Part shown: piece by piece, positions 1 through 8,976 of the stretch
Position numbering within the stretch: the stretch's first letter is position 1
Layout: the number at the start of each line of letters is the position of its first letter
Assembly (NCBI GenBank): GCA_023511915.1
Contig: JAIMAN010000005.1
Location: forward strand, 8,465-72,464
DNA: 64,000 nucleotides
Direction of reading: 5' to 3'
From: Armatimonadota bacterium
GTDB lineage: Bacteria > Armatimonadota > Fimbriimonadia > Fimbriimonadales > GBS-DC
Made by a program: the position numbers and the translations under genes
The notes under the pieces: model-generated
The model's database searches: none
What the model saw: the letters and a program-made list of their open reading frames with translations, nothing else
What the model was told of the DNA's origin: nothing

Positions 1-1
1 T

Positions 2-2167
2 ATCGACCCTGTGCTGCCGACCTACGGCGCGCCCCCACGCAAACAAGAAACCCAAGACGCCCCACCCGCAGGCGATACCTTCGAGGATCTGTTTTACATG
101 GCGCAGCCCAAGCCCAAGCCCGAACCCAAGCCGCGCAGAATCCCCGAAGCGCCGCAGAAAGACCTGCTGCTGTTTGTTCGCGACCACTCGCGCGTGCTGG
201 AAGACTGGCAACGCGACATCATCAGCATGATTCGCGAGGAGATGCTTTACTTTTTACCGCAAATTAAGACAAAGATAATTAACGAGGGCTGGGCATGTGC
301 GACAGGCGACTCGCTGCTGATTACCTCGCGCGGGATTATGCGCTTTGACGCCCTTTACGCCGAGCGTCAGTCGCCTGTGTCGGTCGCCGTCGGCGAGCCG
401 TCGGCGTCCTGCGCTGTGCTGGATTATCACTGCCAGCCTGACACGCCCACGATACGCATCACGACGAAGCGCGGTTTCACGATTGAGGGAGCGCGCCAGC
501 ATCGGGTGCTGCTGCGCGACGGTCGCTGGGTGTATCTGCAAGATATTGCCATAGGCGATGAGGTCGCGTTAGCCGTGGGTACGGAGGTGTGGTCAGAGTC
601 GTATCAGCCGCTGCCAACCGCACGCAGCCGTTCTGCAACCCTCGCCGATGTGGCGCGCGAGGCTGGCGTTTCGTACTACACAGTCTTGCGCCACCTGCGC
701 GGGCGCAAGACCCTTCGCGCGGCGGCAATTGAGCAAGCCCTGAAACGCTACAACATTCAACCCACGAAACATGGGCGTGTCCTCACTACACGCCATAACC
801 TGTGCTTGCCCGAATACTTGAATGAGGAGTTTGCCTACCTGTTGGGGTATTTCGTTGGCGACGGAAACTTCACCAAATCGGGGATCGGCTTTACGACGGG
901 CGACGCCGAAATCGTGGAGCGGCTGACAAGCCTGCTGCGCGGCTGGGGATGCAACCCGCGCGTGAAGTATGACCTGCAAAACAACAGCGCACGCTGGCGC
1001 ATCGCGGTTCACTCGCGCACGCTGCGCGAACTGCTCATCGCGATTGGGCTGTCCCCCGAACGCAAGGCGCGTCAGAAAATCGTACCGCCGATTGTGCTGC
1101 AGTCCCCGCGCGAGGTGGTTGCGGCGTTCCTGCGCGGCTACTTCGACGCCGACGCCTACGCAGGCAGCGCAGGGGTGATTCTCTCCAGCGCATCCGAGTC
1201 GCTGATTCGCACCGTGCAGACGATCCTACTCAACTTCGGCGTGCTCTCGTCGATCAGTCCGCCCCAACAAGGCGTTTACCAACTGGCGATTCGCGGCGTG
1301 TGGGCGCGCGTCTTCGCCGATAAAATCGGCTTCGGACTCAAACGCAAGGTGGAAGCCCTGCAGCGGTATGTCGAAAACCGTCGCTGGTTCTGCCAGCAAG
1401 AGCCGTTCGATCCCGTAGTCACAATCGAGCGAGGGCGCGCCGATGTGTACGACATCACTGTCGCCGACGCGCACCGCTATGTCGCCAACGGGATGATTCA
1501 CCACAACTCGTTCTGGCACGAGCGCATTCTGGAAGACCTCCCCCTCACCCCCGACGAGCATGTGCAGTTCCGCAAGATGCACTCGGCGGTGATTCAGCCC
1601 GGCTCGCGCATGAACCTGAACCCCTACTATGTCGGCTACAAGGTGCTGCGCGACATCGAGCGGCGCTGGAACGGCGAGGTTGACCCCGACGAGGCGGAGA
1701 CCGACTGGATGGGCTACCGCATCGAGCGCCCCGTCGGGCAGGGCATGCAGAAACTGTTCGAAGTGCGCACGCTGGAGTGCGACCAGACCTTCCTGCACAA
1801 GTACCTCACGGAGAAACTGGTGCGCGAGTTAGACCTCTACACCTACCGCGTGGAAGAGCATAACGGCGAGCTGGTGTGGGTGGTGGACGAGACCGACTGG
1901 CGCATCGTGCGCAACACGCTGGTAGACAACATGACCAACTTCGGCGCGCCTGTCATCACGGTCGAAGACGGCGACTGGGAGCATCGGGGCGAACTGTACC
2001 TGAAGCACCACTACGACGGCAAGCCGCTCGATATGCAACGCACGACGCGCTGCCTGCGCTATTTGGTGCGCCTGTGGGGACGCCCCGTGCATCTGGAGAC
2101 CGTGATCGACGACGAGCAGGTGCTGCTCAGTTGCGACGGGAACGCGATTGCGCAGCGCGCGTTGTAA
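2..2167 (+). CDS. spoVR: SpoVR family protein (5' truncated by window edge), interrupted by an intein
   Basis: SpoVR motifs LEDWQRDIISMIREEMLYFLPQIKTKIINEGWA|SFWH and NPYYVG, C-terminal LYLKHHYDGKPLD; frame is open from position 2. Confidence 0.9.
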   Translation: MDPVLPTYGAPPRKQETQDAPPAGDTFEDLFYMAQPKPKPEPKPRRIPEAPQKDLLLFVRDHSRVLEDWQRDIISMIREEMLYFLPQIKTKIINEGWACATGDSLLITSRGIMRFDALYAERQSPVSVAVGEPSASCAVLDYHCQPDTPTIRITTKRGFTIEGARQHRVLLRDGRWVYLQDIAIGDEVALAVGTEVWSESYQPLPTARSRSATLADVAREAGVSYYTVLRHLRGRKTLRAAAIEQALKRYNIQPTKHGRVLTTRHNLCLPEYLNEEFAYLLGYFVGDGNFTKSGIGFTTGDAEIVERLTSLLRGWGCNPRVKYDLQNNSARWRIAVHSRTLRELLIAIGLSPERKARQKIVPPIVLQSPREVVAAFLRGYFDADAYAGSAGVILSSASESLIRTVQTILLNFGVLSSISPPQQGVYQLAIRGVWARVFADKIGFGLKRKVEALQRYVENRRWFCQQEPFDPVVTIERGRADVYDITVADAHRYVANGMIHHNSFWHERILEDLPLTPDEHVQFRKMHSAVIQPGSRMNLNPYYVGYKVLRDIERRWNGEVDPDEAETDWMGYRIERPVGQGMQKLFEVRTLECDQTFLHKYLTEKLVRELDLYTYRVEEHNGELVWVVDETDWRIVRNTLVDNMTNFGAPVITVEDGDWEHRGELYLKHHYDGKPLDMQRTTRCLRYLVRLWGRPVHLETVIDDEQVLLSCDGNAIAQRAL
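296..1507 (+). mobile_element. Intein (404 aa) with LAGLIDADG homing endonuclease and an inserted LacI-like HTH
   Basis: Starts with Cys (CATGDS) right after EGWA, ends VYDITV...YVANGMIHHN followed by Ser+1; LAGLIDADG-like motifs AYLLGYFVGDG and AFLRGYFDADA; removing it restores EGWASFWH. Confidence 0.93.
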
Positions 2168-2170
2168 GGC

Positions 2171-3283
2171 TCAGCCGCGCGTCAGCCTGCGGTACAACGG
2201 CGCGGTCTGCTCGACGGTGTGGCGGATGTGGAACCGCTCGGCGGTCTGCAGCGCGTTGCGGGCGAACTGCTGGGCGAGGGCGCGGTCGTTGAGCAGGCGC
2301 AGCGCGGCGTTCCCCAGCGCGTCGGGGTCGTCGGGCGGAACCAGCAGCCCCGTGCGCTCGTGTTCGACCAAGCGGCGCATCGCGGGGATGTCGGTCGCCA
2401 CCACGGGCAGCCCGCAGGCAATCGCCTCCATCGTCGAAAGCCCCAGCCCCGCATCGCGCGCGGGCGCGAGCAGCACATCGGCGGCGGCGTACAACTCTTC
2501 CACCGCGCTCCAGTAGCCGAAGAAGCGCACATGGTGCGGGCGACGGCAGGCGGCGATCAGTTTCACCAAGCGCGTGTTGTCGGGTCCGTCGCCCGCCAGC
2601 CACAGGTCGGCGTCGGGCAAGCACTCCCACACCCGCTCCATCGCCCGGATCGCCACATCGAAGCCCTTGTAGCGCATGAACCGCCCCACACACAGCAGAA
2701 TCGGGCGGTCGGCGGGCACGAAAAACTGCTCGCGCATTGCCTCGCGGCGGGGCAGTTTTTCGAACCGCTCCAAGTCGATGCCGCCAGGCACGACCTCGAT
2801 GCGTTCGCTGGGCACGCCGCCGCGCGTGAGTCCCGCCTTGACCTGCTCCGAGACGGCGGTAATGACGCGCGGGAACTTCGCAATCCAGCGCCACAGGGCG
2901 CGCACCAGCGCGCTCTTGCTGAGCAGCAGGTGATGCACCGTCCACAGCCACGGGTACTGGTCGCGGAACGCCCACGCGCAGACCCAGCCTGCCCGCACCC
3001 CATGGCAGTGGACGAACGGGAACTCGTCGGCGTAGGCGCGCAGGGTGCGCACCGCGCGCGAGTCGGCAACAACGCCCGCGCGGTCGCGAATGAAGTCGGG
3101 TCCCGTGAGCGTCGGCGCATAGCCGAACTCGGGCAGGTACTTGATGAGCCCCTGCACATGGCGCAGCATGCCGCTGCTGCTGGGGCGCACGACAATCAGC
3201 ACGGGCGTGCGCTCGCGTCCGTCGCCCGAATCGTCGGGCGCGTCACGCAGTTGCGGCGGGCGTTCCAACAGCAGGCTACTCAT
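2171..3283 (-). CDS. GT4 (GT-B) glycosyltransferase
   Basis: VGRFMRYKG, GLGLSTMEAIACGLPVVATD, TGLLVPPDD motifs. Confidence 0.85.
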   Translation of the reverse strand: MSSLLLERPPQLRDAPDDSGDGRERTPVLIVVRPSSSGMLRHVQGLIKYLPEFGYAPTLTGPDFIRDRAGVVADSRAVRTLRAYADEFPFVHCHGVRAGWVCAWAFRDQYPWLWTVHHLLLSKSALVRALWRWIAKFPRVITAVSEQVKAGLTRGGVPSERIEVVPGGIDLERFEKLPRREAMREQFFVPADRPILLCVGRFMRYKGFDVAIRAMERVWECLPDADLWLAGDGPDNTRLVKLIAACRRPHHVRFFGYWSAVEELYAAADVLLAPARDAGLGLSTMEAIACGLPVVATDIPAMRRLVEHERTGLLVPPDDPDALGNAALRLLNDRALAQQFARNALQTAERFHIRHTVEQTAPLYRRLTRG

Positions 3284-4239
3284 CGCGGCACAGGCGTCGC
3301 CTCCAAAATGCTGGACAGGATACGGTCAGCGTTCAGCCCTTCCACCTCCGCTTCGGGCTTGAGGATCAGGCGATGGCGCAGCACGGGCGTCGCCATCTGC
3401 TTCACATCGTCGGGGGTCACAAACGCGCGCCCGCGAATCGCCGCCAGCGCCTTGCTCACCAGCAGCAGCGCGACGCCCGCGCGCGGGCTTGCCCCAACCA
3501 GCAAATACTCGTTCTGGCGCGTGCGGCGCACAATCTGCAGGATGTAGTCGCGCACCTCATCGGCGACTTGAATCTCGCGCACCACCGCGCGCAGCCGCTC
3601 CAGTTCCTCCGCGCTCATCACAGGCTCCAGCCCGACCTGCTCCAGTTGGTGCGTGCGGAAGCCCTCGTCGTGCAGGCGCAGAATCGCCCGCTCCTCGTCT
3701 TCGGCGGGGTAGTCCATCACCACCTTGAGCAGGAATCGGTCTAACTGCGCTTCGGGCAGCGGGTAGGTGCCCTCGTACTCGATGGGGTTCTGCGTGGCGA
3801 ACACCATAAACGGGCGGGGCAGCGCGTGCGAGACGCCGTCGATGGTCACCTTGCGCTCCTCCATCGCCTCCAGCAGCGCGGACTGCGTTTTGGGCGGCGT
3901 GCGGTTCACCTCGTCCGCCAGCACGATGTTGGCGAAGATGGGTCCGTAGCGCACGCGGAACTCGCCCGACTGCGCGTCGAAAATCGTCGTGCCGATGAGG
4001 TCGGAGGGCATCAGGTCGGGCGTGAACTGCACGCGGCGAAACTGCAGTCCCAGCGTCTGGGCGATTACGCGCACCAGCAGCGTCTTGGCAATGCCCGGCA
4101 CGCCCTCAATCAGGATGTGCCCATCGGCGAGCAGGGCGCACAGCGCCTGCTCGATCACGCGCTGCTGCCCGATAATCACGCGCCCGATTTGCGCCTCTAC
4201 CCGCTGCAGCGAGTCGCCCACAGAGTCGATGGTAATCAC
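3280..4239 (-). CDS. moxR: MoxR family AAA+ ATPase
   Basis: GVPGIAKT Walker A, RVQFTPDLMPSD, LADEVNRTPPKTQSALLEAMEE, EGTYPLPEAQLDRF. Confidence 0.93.
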   Translation of the reverse strand: MITIDSVGDSLQRVEAQIGRVIIGQQRVIEQALCALLADGHILIEGVPGIAKTLLVRVIAQTLGLQFRRVQFTPDLMPSDLIGTTIFDAQSGEFRVRYGPIFANIVLADEVNRTPPKTQSALLEAMEERKVTIDGVSHALPRPFMVFATQNPIEYEGTYPLPEAQLDRFLLKVVMDYPAEDEERAILRLHDEGFRTHQLEQVGLEPVMSAEELERLRAVVREIQVADEVRDYILQIVRRTRQNEYLLVGASPRAGVALLLVSKALAAIRGRAFVTPDDVKQMATPVLRHRLILKPEAEVEGLNADRILSSILEATPVPR

Positions 4240-4308
4240 GCTTGCGCCCCGTGCTGCGTGCGCCCTCGCGCACGCGGAATCATTCTACCCCACGCGGGGG
4301 CGACTCTG

Positions 4309-5271
4309 TCAGTAGCGCGGGTCATGGTGGAAGTGGTGGTGCGTCTCCAGCCAGCGGATGGTGCCGCTACGCGAGCGCATCACGACCGAGTGGGTGATTG
4401 CGCCCCAGCCTGTGTAGCGCACGCCGCCGAGCAGGTTGCCGCCCGTGATGCCCGTCGCGGCGAACACCACATTGCCCCACGCGAGGTCTTCCAAGGTCAG
4501 CACGCGGTCAACATCCTCTGTGCCGAGCAGTTGCTTGGCGCGCTCGCGCTCCTGCTCGTTGCGGAACACCAGTCGCGCCTGAATCTCGCCGCCCATGCAC
4601 AGCGCGGCAGCCGCCGACAGCGCCCCTTCGGGCGCGCCGCCGATGCCCATCAGCACATCGATCTCGCCCTGCGGGTCTAACGCCTCCAGCGCGAGCGACA
4701 AATCGCCGTCGGACACCAAGCGGATGCGCGCCCCCGCCTGCCGAATCTCGCGAATCAGTTGCTCGTGGCGCGGGCGATCGAGCATCCCGACGGTCAGGTC
4801 TTGCACCTCCTTGCCGAGGCTCTTGGCGATGACCTTGAGGTTCATGCGTGGCGGGAGCGTGATGTCCACCGCGCCTTTGGCGGCGGGACCGACGACGAGT
4901 TTGTCCATGTAGATGTCGGGCGCGCGGAGCAGTTTGCCCTCGCCTTCCATCGCGGCGGCGACGACGCTGATTGCGCCAGGCTGCCCCGTGGCGACGAGGT
5001 TCGTGCCCTCCACAGGGTCTACGGCGATTTGCACCGCGTAGCCGTTGCCCGTGCCGAGTTCCTCGCCGATATAGAGCATCGGCGCCTCGTCGCGTTCGCC
5101 CTCGCCGATGACCACGACGCCCTTCATGTCGATGTCGCCGAGCGTGCGGCGCATCGCCTCACACGCGGCTTGGTCTACCGCGTGTCGGTCGCCCTTGCCA
5201 ACCCAACGCCCCGAACTGAGCGCCGCCGCCTCAGTCGCGCGTACAAAATCCATGCCCAAATTGCGATCCAT
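4309..5271 (-). CDS. glpX: Class II fructose-1,6-bisphosphatase
   Basis: VVIGEGERDEAPML, AVDPVEGT, GIGGAPEG; start MDRNL has a GAGGTG RBS. Confidence 0.93.
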   Translation of the reverse strand: MDRNLGMDFVRATEAAALSSGRWVGKGDRHAVDQAACEAMRRTLGDIDMKGVVVIGEGERDEAPMLYIGEELGTGNGYAVQIAVDPVEGTNLVATGQPGAISVVAAAMEGEGKLLRAPDIYMDKLVVGPAAKGAVDITLPPRMNLKVIAKSLGKEVQDLTVGMLDRPRHEQLIREIRQAGARIRLVSDGDLSLALEALDPQGEIDVLMGIGGAPEGALSAAAALCMGGEIQARLVFRNEQERERAKQLLGTEDVDRVLTLEDLAWGNVVFAATGITGGNLLGGVRYTGWGAITHSVVMRSRSGTIRWLETHHHFHHDPRY

Positions 5272-5316
5272 AGCCATTCTCACCTCGTGTGCAGTGTCTG
5301 CATCGACGGGGAAGAT

Positions 5317-5343
5317 GTTCGGCGGCGGCGCGAAACTTCCTGC
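5317..5343 (-). promoter_or_regulatory. Sigma-H-like promoter of glpX (GCAGGAA-N16-GAAC)
   Basis: Motif recurs with the same spacing in about 10 intergenic positions. Confidence 0.55.
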
Positions 5344-5353
5344 CGCGTGTTCT

Positions 5354-5384
5354 AAAAAAGCAAAAGCCCCGCCGAGTGCGGGGC
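5354..5384 (-). terminator. Rho-independent terminator after the prepilin-type gene
   Basis: GCCCCGC/GCGGGGC stem with 5-nt loop, followed on the minus strand by TTTTGCTTTTTT. Confidence 0.75.
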
Positions 5385-5391
5385 GTGAGAC

Positions 5392-6183
5392 TTATTGGTT
5401 GCAGTTGCCGGGGTTGTTGCGGTTCGGGCAGTTGCGGCAGGGTGTGCCGTTCGCGCGGCGCGCGGCGACGCCCCACAGGTTGAACTGACCCTGATACGGA
5501 CCGACCTCGCCGACATCGAAGATGCGCGCCTGCTTGCCGTCCCAAGTGGTTGCCGTGCTGCCCGCGCCCTCGCGCACGCGCCCCTTGACCGTGCGGGCAT
5601 GCCCGTCCACGAAGTTCGCGCCCGCCAGCCCGTTATGGCGCGCCTGCAGGTACGACTGAATCGTCGTGGGCGGTCCCAGCGTGCCGTCGTACAGCATCGA
5701 GGTCTCCACAGGGAACTCAATCTGCGCAATCGAGACCACAGGGTTGCCCGCCAGCAATCCCGGCACAACGCCGTCCTCGAACACGCACCAGTTGAAGATG
5801 TAGCCCGTGTAGCGGAAGTTCGGCAGCGCGCACACGGGCACCCCGAACGCGCCGAAGCTGCCCACAACATCGAACGCCTGACGATCCGACGGGCATAACA
5901 GCACATCAGTATTCTTAATGTAGGGGTACATCGCGTTGTACAGGGTGAAGATACACGGCTGGTTGTTCTGGGTCGTCAGGTAGATGCTCATCGGGAACCG
6001 CTCGTCGTAGTCTTGGATGTATTGCAGCACGGCGAGCGCGTTCTGCTTCATGTTGTTCGTACACTGGGTCTGTCGCGCCTTCTCACGCGCCTGCGCAAAC
6101 ACAGGGAACAGAATCGCCGCGAGAATCGCGATGATCGCAATCACGACCAGCAACTCGATCAGGGTGAAGCCATGTCGTCGCAT
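5392..6183 (-). CDS. Prepilin-type N-terminal cleavage/methylation and H-X9-DG domain protein (DUF1559-like)
   Basis: [38 protein letters not shown]; CPSD; [14 protein letters not shown]. Confidence 0.9.
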   Translation of the reverse strand: MRRHGFTLIELLVVIAIIAILAAILFPVFAQAREKARQTQCTNNMKQNALAVLQYIQDYDERFPMSIYLTTQNNQPCIFTLYNAMYPYIKNTDVLLCPSDRQAFDVVGSFGAFGVPVCALPNFRYTGYIFNWCVFEDGVVPGLLAGNPVVSIAQIEFPVETSMLYDGTLGPPTTIQSYLQARHNGLAGANFVDGHARTVKGRVREGAGSTATTWDGKQARIFDVGEVGPYQGQFNLWGVAARRANGTPCRNCPNRNNPGNCNQ

Positions 6184-6195
6184 AATAGACATTAG

Positions 6196-6223
6196 ATTCG
6201 GCAAGGGCTATTTTTGTTCCTGC
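6196..6223 (-). promoter_or_regulatory. Sigma-H-like promoter (GCAGGAA-N17-GAAT)
   Basis: Recurrent motif, directly upstream of the ATG at 6183. Confidence 0.5.
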
Positions 6224-6260
6224 CAGTTTTAATGCGAGTTTCACAATCTTTGCGGGGTTT

Positions 6261-8921
6261 CTATCCGCGCAGTTGTTGCGCCACGAGTTGGGGCGTTTGC
6301 GCCAGCGCGTCGGCGAGGTGTTCGGGGTGTTTGCCGCCCGCTTGGGCGAAGTCGGGTCGCCCGCCGCCAGAGCCGCCGACCGCCTGCGCAATCTGGCGGA
6401 TGAGGTTGCCCGCGTGGATGCCCCGCTCGATCCACTGAGGCGCGACCTTGACCACCAGCGCGACCTTGCCGTCGTGCGCTGTGCCCAGCGCGGCGACGCC
6501 GACCCCGCGCTGTATCAGCCGATCGGCGACCGCGCCCAGCGACTTGGCGTCCACGCCCTGTACCGCTTGCGCCACCACAGGCACGCCGTCCACTTCGATG
6601 GGCGTGAGGCTCTCCACCGCTTGGCTGGCGGCGCGCTGCTTGAGTTGCTCCAGTTCGGTCTGCAGCGCGTCCAGTTGGCGTTGCAGGCGTTCTACGGCGG
6701 CGGGCAGTTCGGGCACGGGCGTCTGCATGCGTTCGGCGGCGGCGCGGATGGCATGCTCGCGCTCGCGCAGCCACTGATAAAGCGCGCGTCCCGTCAGCGC
6801 CTCGATACGCCGCACCCCTGCCGCGACGCTGCCCTCATGCACGATTTTGAACAGCCCCGCCTCCACCGTGCTGCGCAAGTGCGTGCCGCCGCACAACTCC
6901 AGCGAGAAGCCCGGAATCTCTACCATGCGCACGCGCTCGCCGTACTTCTCGCCGAACAGCATCATCGCGCCGCGCCGACGCGCCTCGTCGATGGGCACAT
7001 CGGGATACACGCGCACCTCCAACGCCTGCAGCAGTTTTTCGTTCACCAGCGATTCGATGCGCTCCAGTTCGTCGGGGGTCACGGCGCGCGGGTGCGTGAA
7101 GTCGAAGCGCAGTCGGTCGGGGGCGACCAGCGACCCCGCCTGCGCGACATGGGTTCCCAGCACTTGGCGCAGTGCGGCGTGCAGCAGGTGCGTGGCGGTG
7201 TGGTTGCGCTGGATGTCAAGCCTGCGCTCGGCGTCCACTTGCGCCTGCACGGTCTCGCCCAAGCGCAGCGCGCCCTCAAGGATCCGCGCGTGGTGGAAGT
7301 AGTAGTCGTTCGCTTTTTGGGTGTCCAGCACCTGCGCGCGTCCGCCCTGCCACTCGATAACGCCCGTGTCGCCGACCTGTCCGCCCGACTCGGCGTAAAA
7401 CGGCGTGCGGTTCAGCACAATCTCGACGGTCTCGCCCGCGTGCGCTTCGGGAATCAAGTCGCCCCCGCGCACGAGTCCGACCACCTGCGCCTCGCATGCG
7501 AGTTGCTCGTAGCCGACGAACGCGGTGGGCGGGGCGTGTTGCGCCAGTTCCGCCAGCGCCGCGCCCGTCTGCACGAACAGTTTCTCGGAGATGCCGCTTG
7601 CTTCGCGGGCGCGTTGGCGTTGCGCCGCCATCGCCCGCTCGAAGCCCTGCATATCGACGGCAATCCCGCGCTCGGCGGCGATTTCCTGCGTCAACTCCAC
7701 AGGGAAGCCGAAGGTGTCGTACAGGGTGAACACGCGCGCGCCCGCCAGCGTGCGGGTCTGTTGCGTCTCGGCGTCCGTCAGCATCTCCTCCAGCCGCGCC
7801 AGCCCCGCCTGCACCGTGTGGCGGAAGCGTTGCTCCTCGTAGCGCAGGGTGGTCGTGATGTAGTCCTGCCGTTGGGCGAGTTCGGGGTACTGCTCGTCCA
7901 GCGCGTCGACGACGGCGGGCGCAAGGTCGGCGAAAAACGGCGCTTCGATGCGCAGCACGCGCTGCCCGCGCAGAATCGCGCGACGGATGATGCGCCGCAG
8001 CACATAGCCGCGCCCCTCGTTCTGCGGGATGACGCCGTCGGCAATTGTGACGGTCGCCGCGCGGATGTGGTCGGCAATCAGGCGAATGGCGGTGTCGGTC
8101 GGCTCGCCCTGCTTGTAGCGCACGCCCGCGATTTGCTCGATGCGCCGCACAATCGGCTCGAACACATCGGTCTCGAACGGGCTTTCCAGCCCCATCAGCA
8201 CGGCGGCGGTGCGCTCCAGCCCCATGCCTGTGTCGATGTTCTGCTTCGGCAGCGGGGTCAGTTTCGGTTTGCCGTTCTCCTCGCTGCGCTCGTACTGCAT
8301 AAACACAAGGTTCCAAATCTCCAGCCAGCGCCCACAATCGCACGCGGGACCGCAGTTGGGGTTATTGCATCCGGTGTCGATGCGTGTGTCGTAGAAAATC
8401 TCGGAACAGGGACCGCAGGGACCGTTGGGACCCTCGGTGATGGCGTTGGCGGGCCAGAAGTTGGTCTTCTCGCCCAGTCGCCAGATGCGGTTTTCGGGGA
8501 TGCCCACCTCGCGATGCCAGATGGTGAACGCCTCGTCGTCGTCTTGGAACACGGTGAACTGCAGGCGGTCGGTGTCTACCTTCAGCCGCTCGGTCAGGAA
8601 CTCCCACGCGAACAGGATTGCCTCGCGCTTGAAGTAGTCGCCGAAGCTGAAGTTGCCCAGCATCTCAAAAAAGGTCAGGTGCGACAGGTCGCCGACCGAT
8701 TCGATGTCGGTGGTGCGCAGGCATTTCTGCACGGTGGTCACGCGCGGGGCAGGAGGCTGCGCCGCGCCCAGAAAGTAGGGCTTGAACTGCACCATGCCCG
8801 CGCTGGTGAACAGCAGCGACGGGTCTTTCGGCACGAGGCTGTCCGAGGGCAGCAGCAAGTGCCCCTTGTCCTGAAAGTAGCCCAAAAATGCCCGTCGCAG
8901 CGCGCTCGCGTTCCAGTGCAT
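6261..8921 (-). CDS. alaS: Alanine--tRNA ligase
   Basis: LLFTSAGMVQFK, TFFEMLGNFSFGDYFK, TPFYAESGGQVGD, HTATHLLH, ELCGGTH, GGGGRPDFAQAGG. Confidence 0.98.
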   Translation of the reverse strand: MHWNASALRRAFLGYFQDKGHLLLPSDSLVPKDPSLLFTSAGMVQFKPYFLGAAQPPAPRVTTVQKCLRTTDIESVGDLSHLTFFEMLGNFSFGDYFKREAILFAWEFLTERLKVDTDRLQFTVFQDDDEAFTIWHREVGIPENRIWRLGEKTNFWPANAITEGPNGPCGPCSEIFYDTRIDTGCNNPNCGPACDCGRWLEIWNLVFMQYERSEENGKPKLTPLPKQNIDTGMGLERTAAVLMGLESPFETDVFEPIVRRIEQIAGVRYKQGEPTDTAIRLIADHIRAATVTIADGVIPQNEGRGYVLRRIIRRAILRGQRVLRIEAPFFADLAPAVVDALDEQYPELAQRQDYITTTLRYEEQRFRHTVQAGLARLEEMLTDAETQQTRTLAGARVFTLYDTFGFPVELTQEIAAERGIAVDMQGFERAMAAQRQRAREASGISEKLFVQTGAALAELAQHAPPTAFVGYEQLACEAQVVGLVRGGDLIPEAHAGETVEIVLNRTPFYAESGGQVGDTGVIEWQGGRAQVLDTQKANDYYFHHARILEGALRLGETVQAQVDAERRLDIQRNHTATHLLHAALRQVLGTHVAQAGSLVAPDRLRFDFTHPRAVTPDELERIESLVNEKLLQALEVRVYPDVPIDEARRRGAMMLFGEKYGERVRMVEIPGFSLELCGGTHLRSTVEAGLFKIVHEGSVAAGVRRIEALTGRALYQWLREREHAIRAAAERMQTPVPELPAAVERLQRQLDALQTELEQLKQRAASQAVESLTPIEVDGVPVVAQAVQGVDAKSLGAVADRLIQRGVGVAALGTAHDGKVALVVKVAPQWIERGIHAGNLIRQIAQAVGGSGGGRPDFAQAGGKHPEHLADALAQTPQLVAQQLRG

Positions 8922-8976
8922 CGCTCCCTCCGCTGTTGCGCAGGATAGTATACCTAAGCGTGAGTGAGCCGCCTGC

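Noticed and set aside
6273-8948. 891-aa ORF antisense to alaS, and similar long shadow ORFs (28548-30242, 38539-40320, 59181-60455, 61615-63573)
   Set aside because: Mirror frames of well-supported genes; stop codons are scarce in GC-rich, codon-biased DNA and the products show no recognisable motifs
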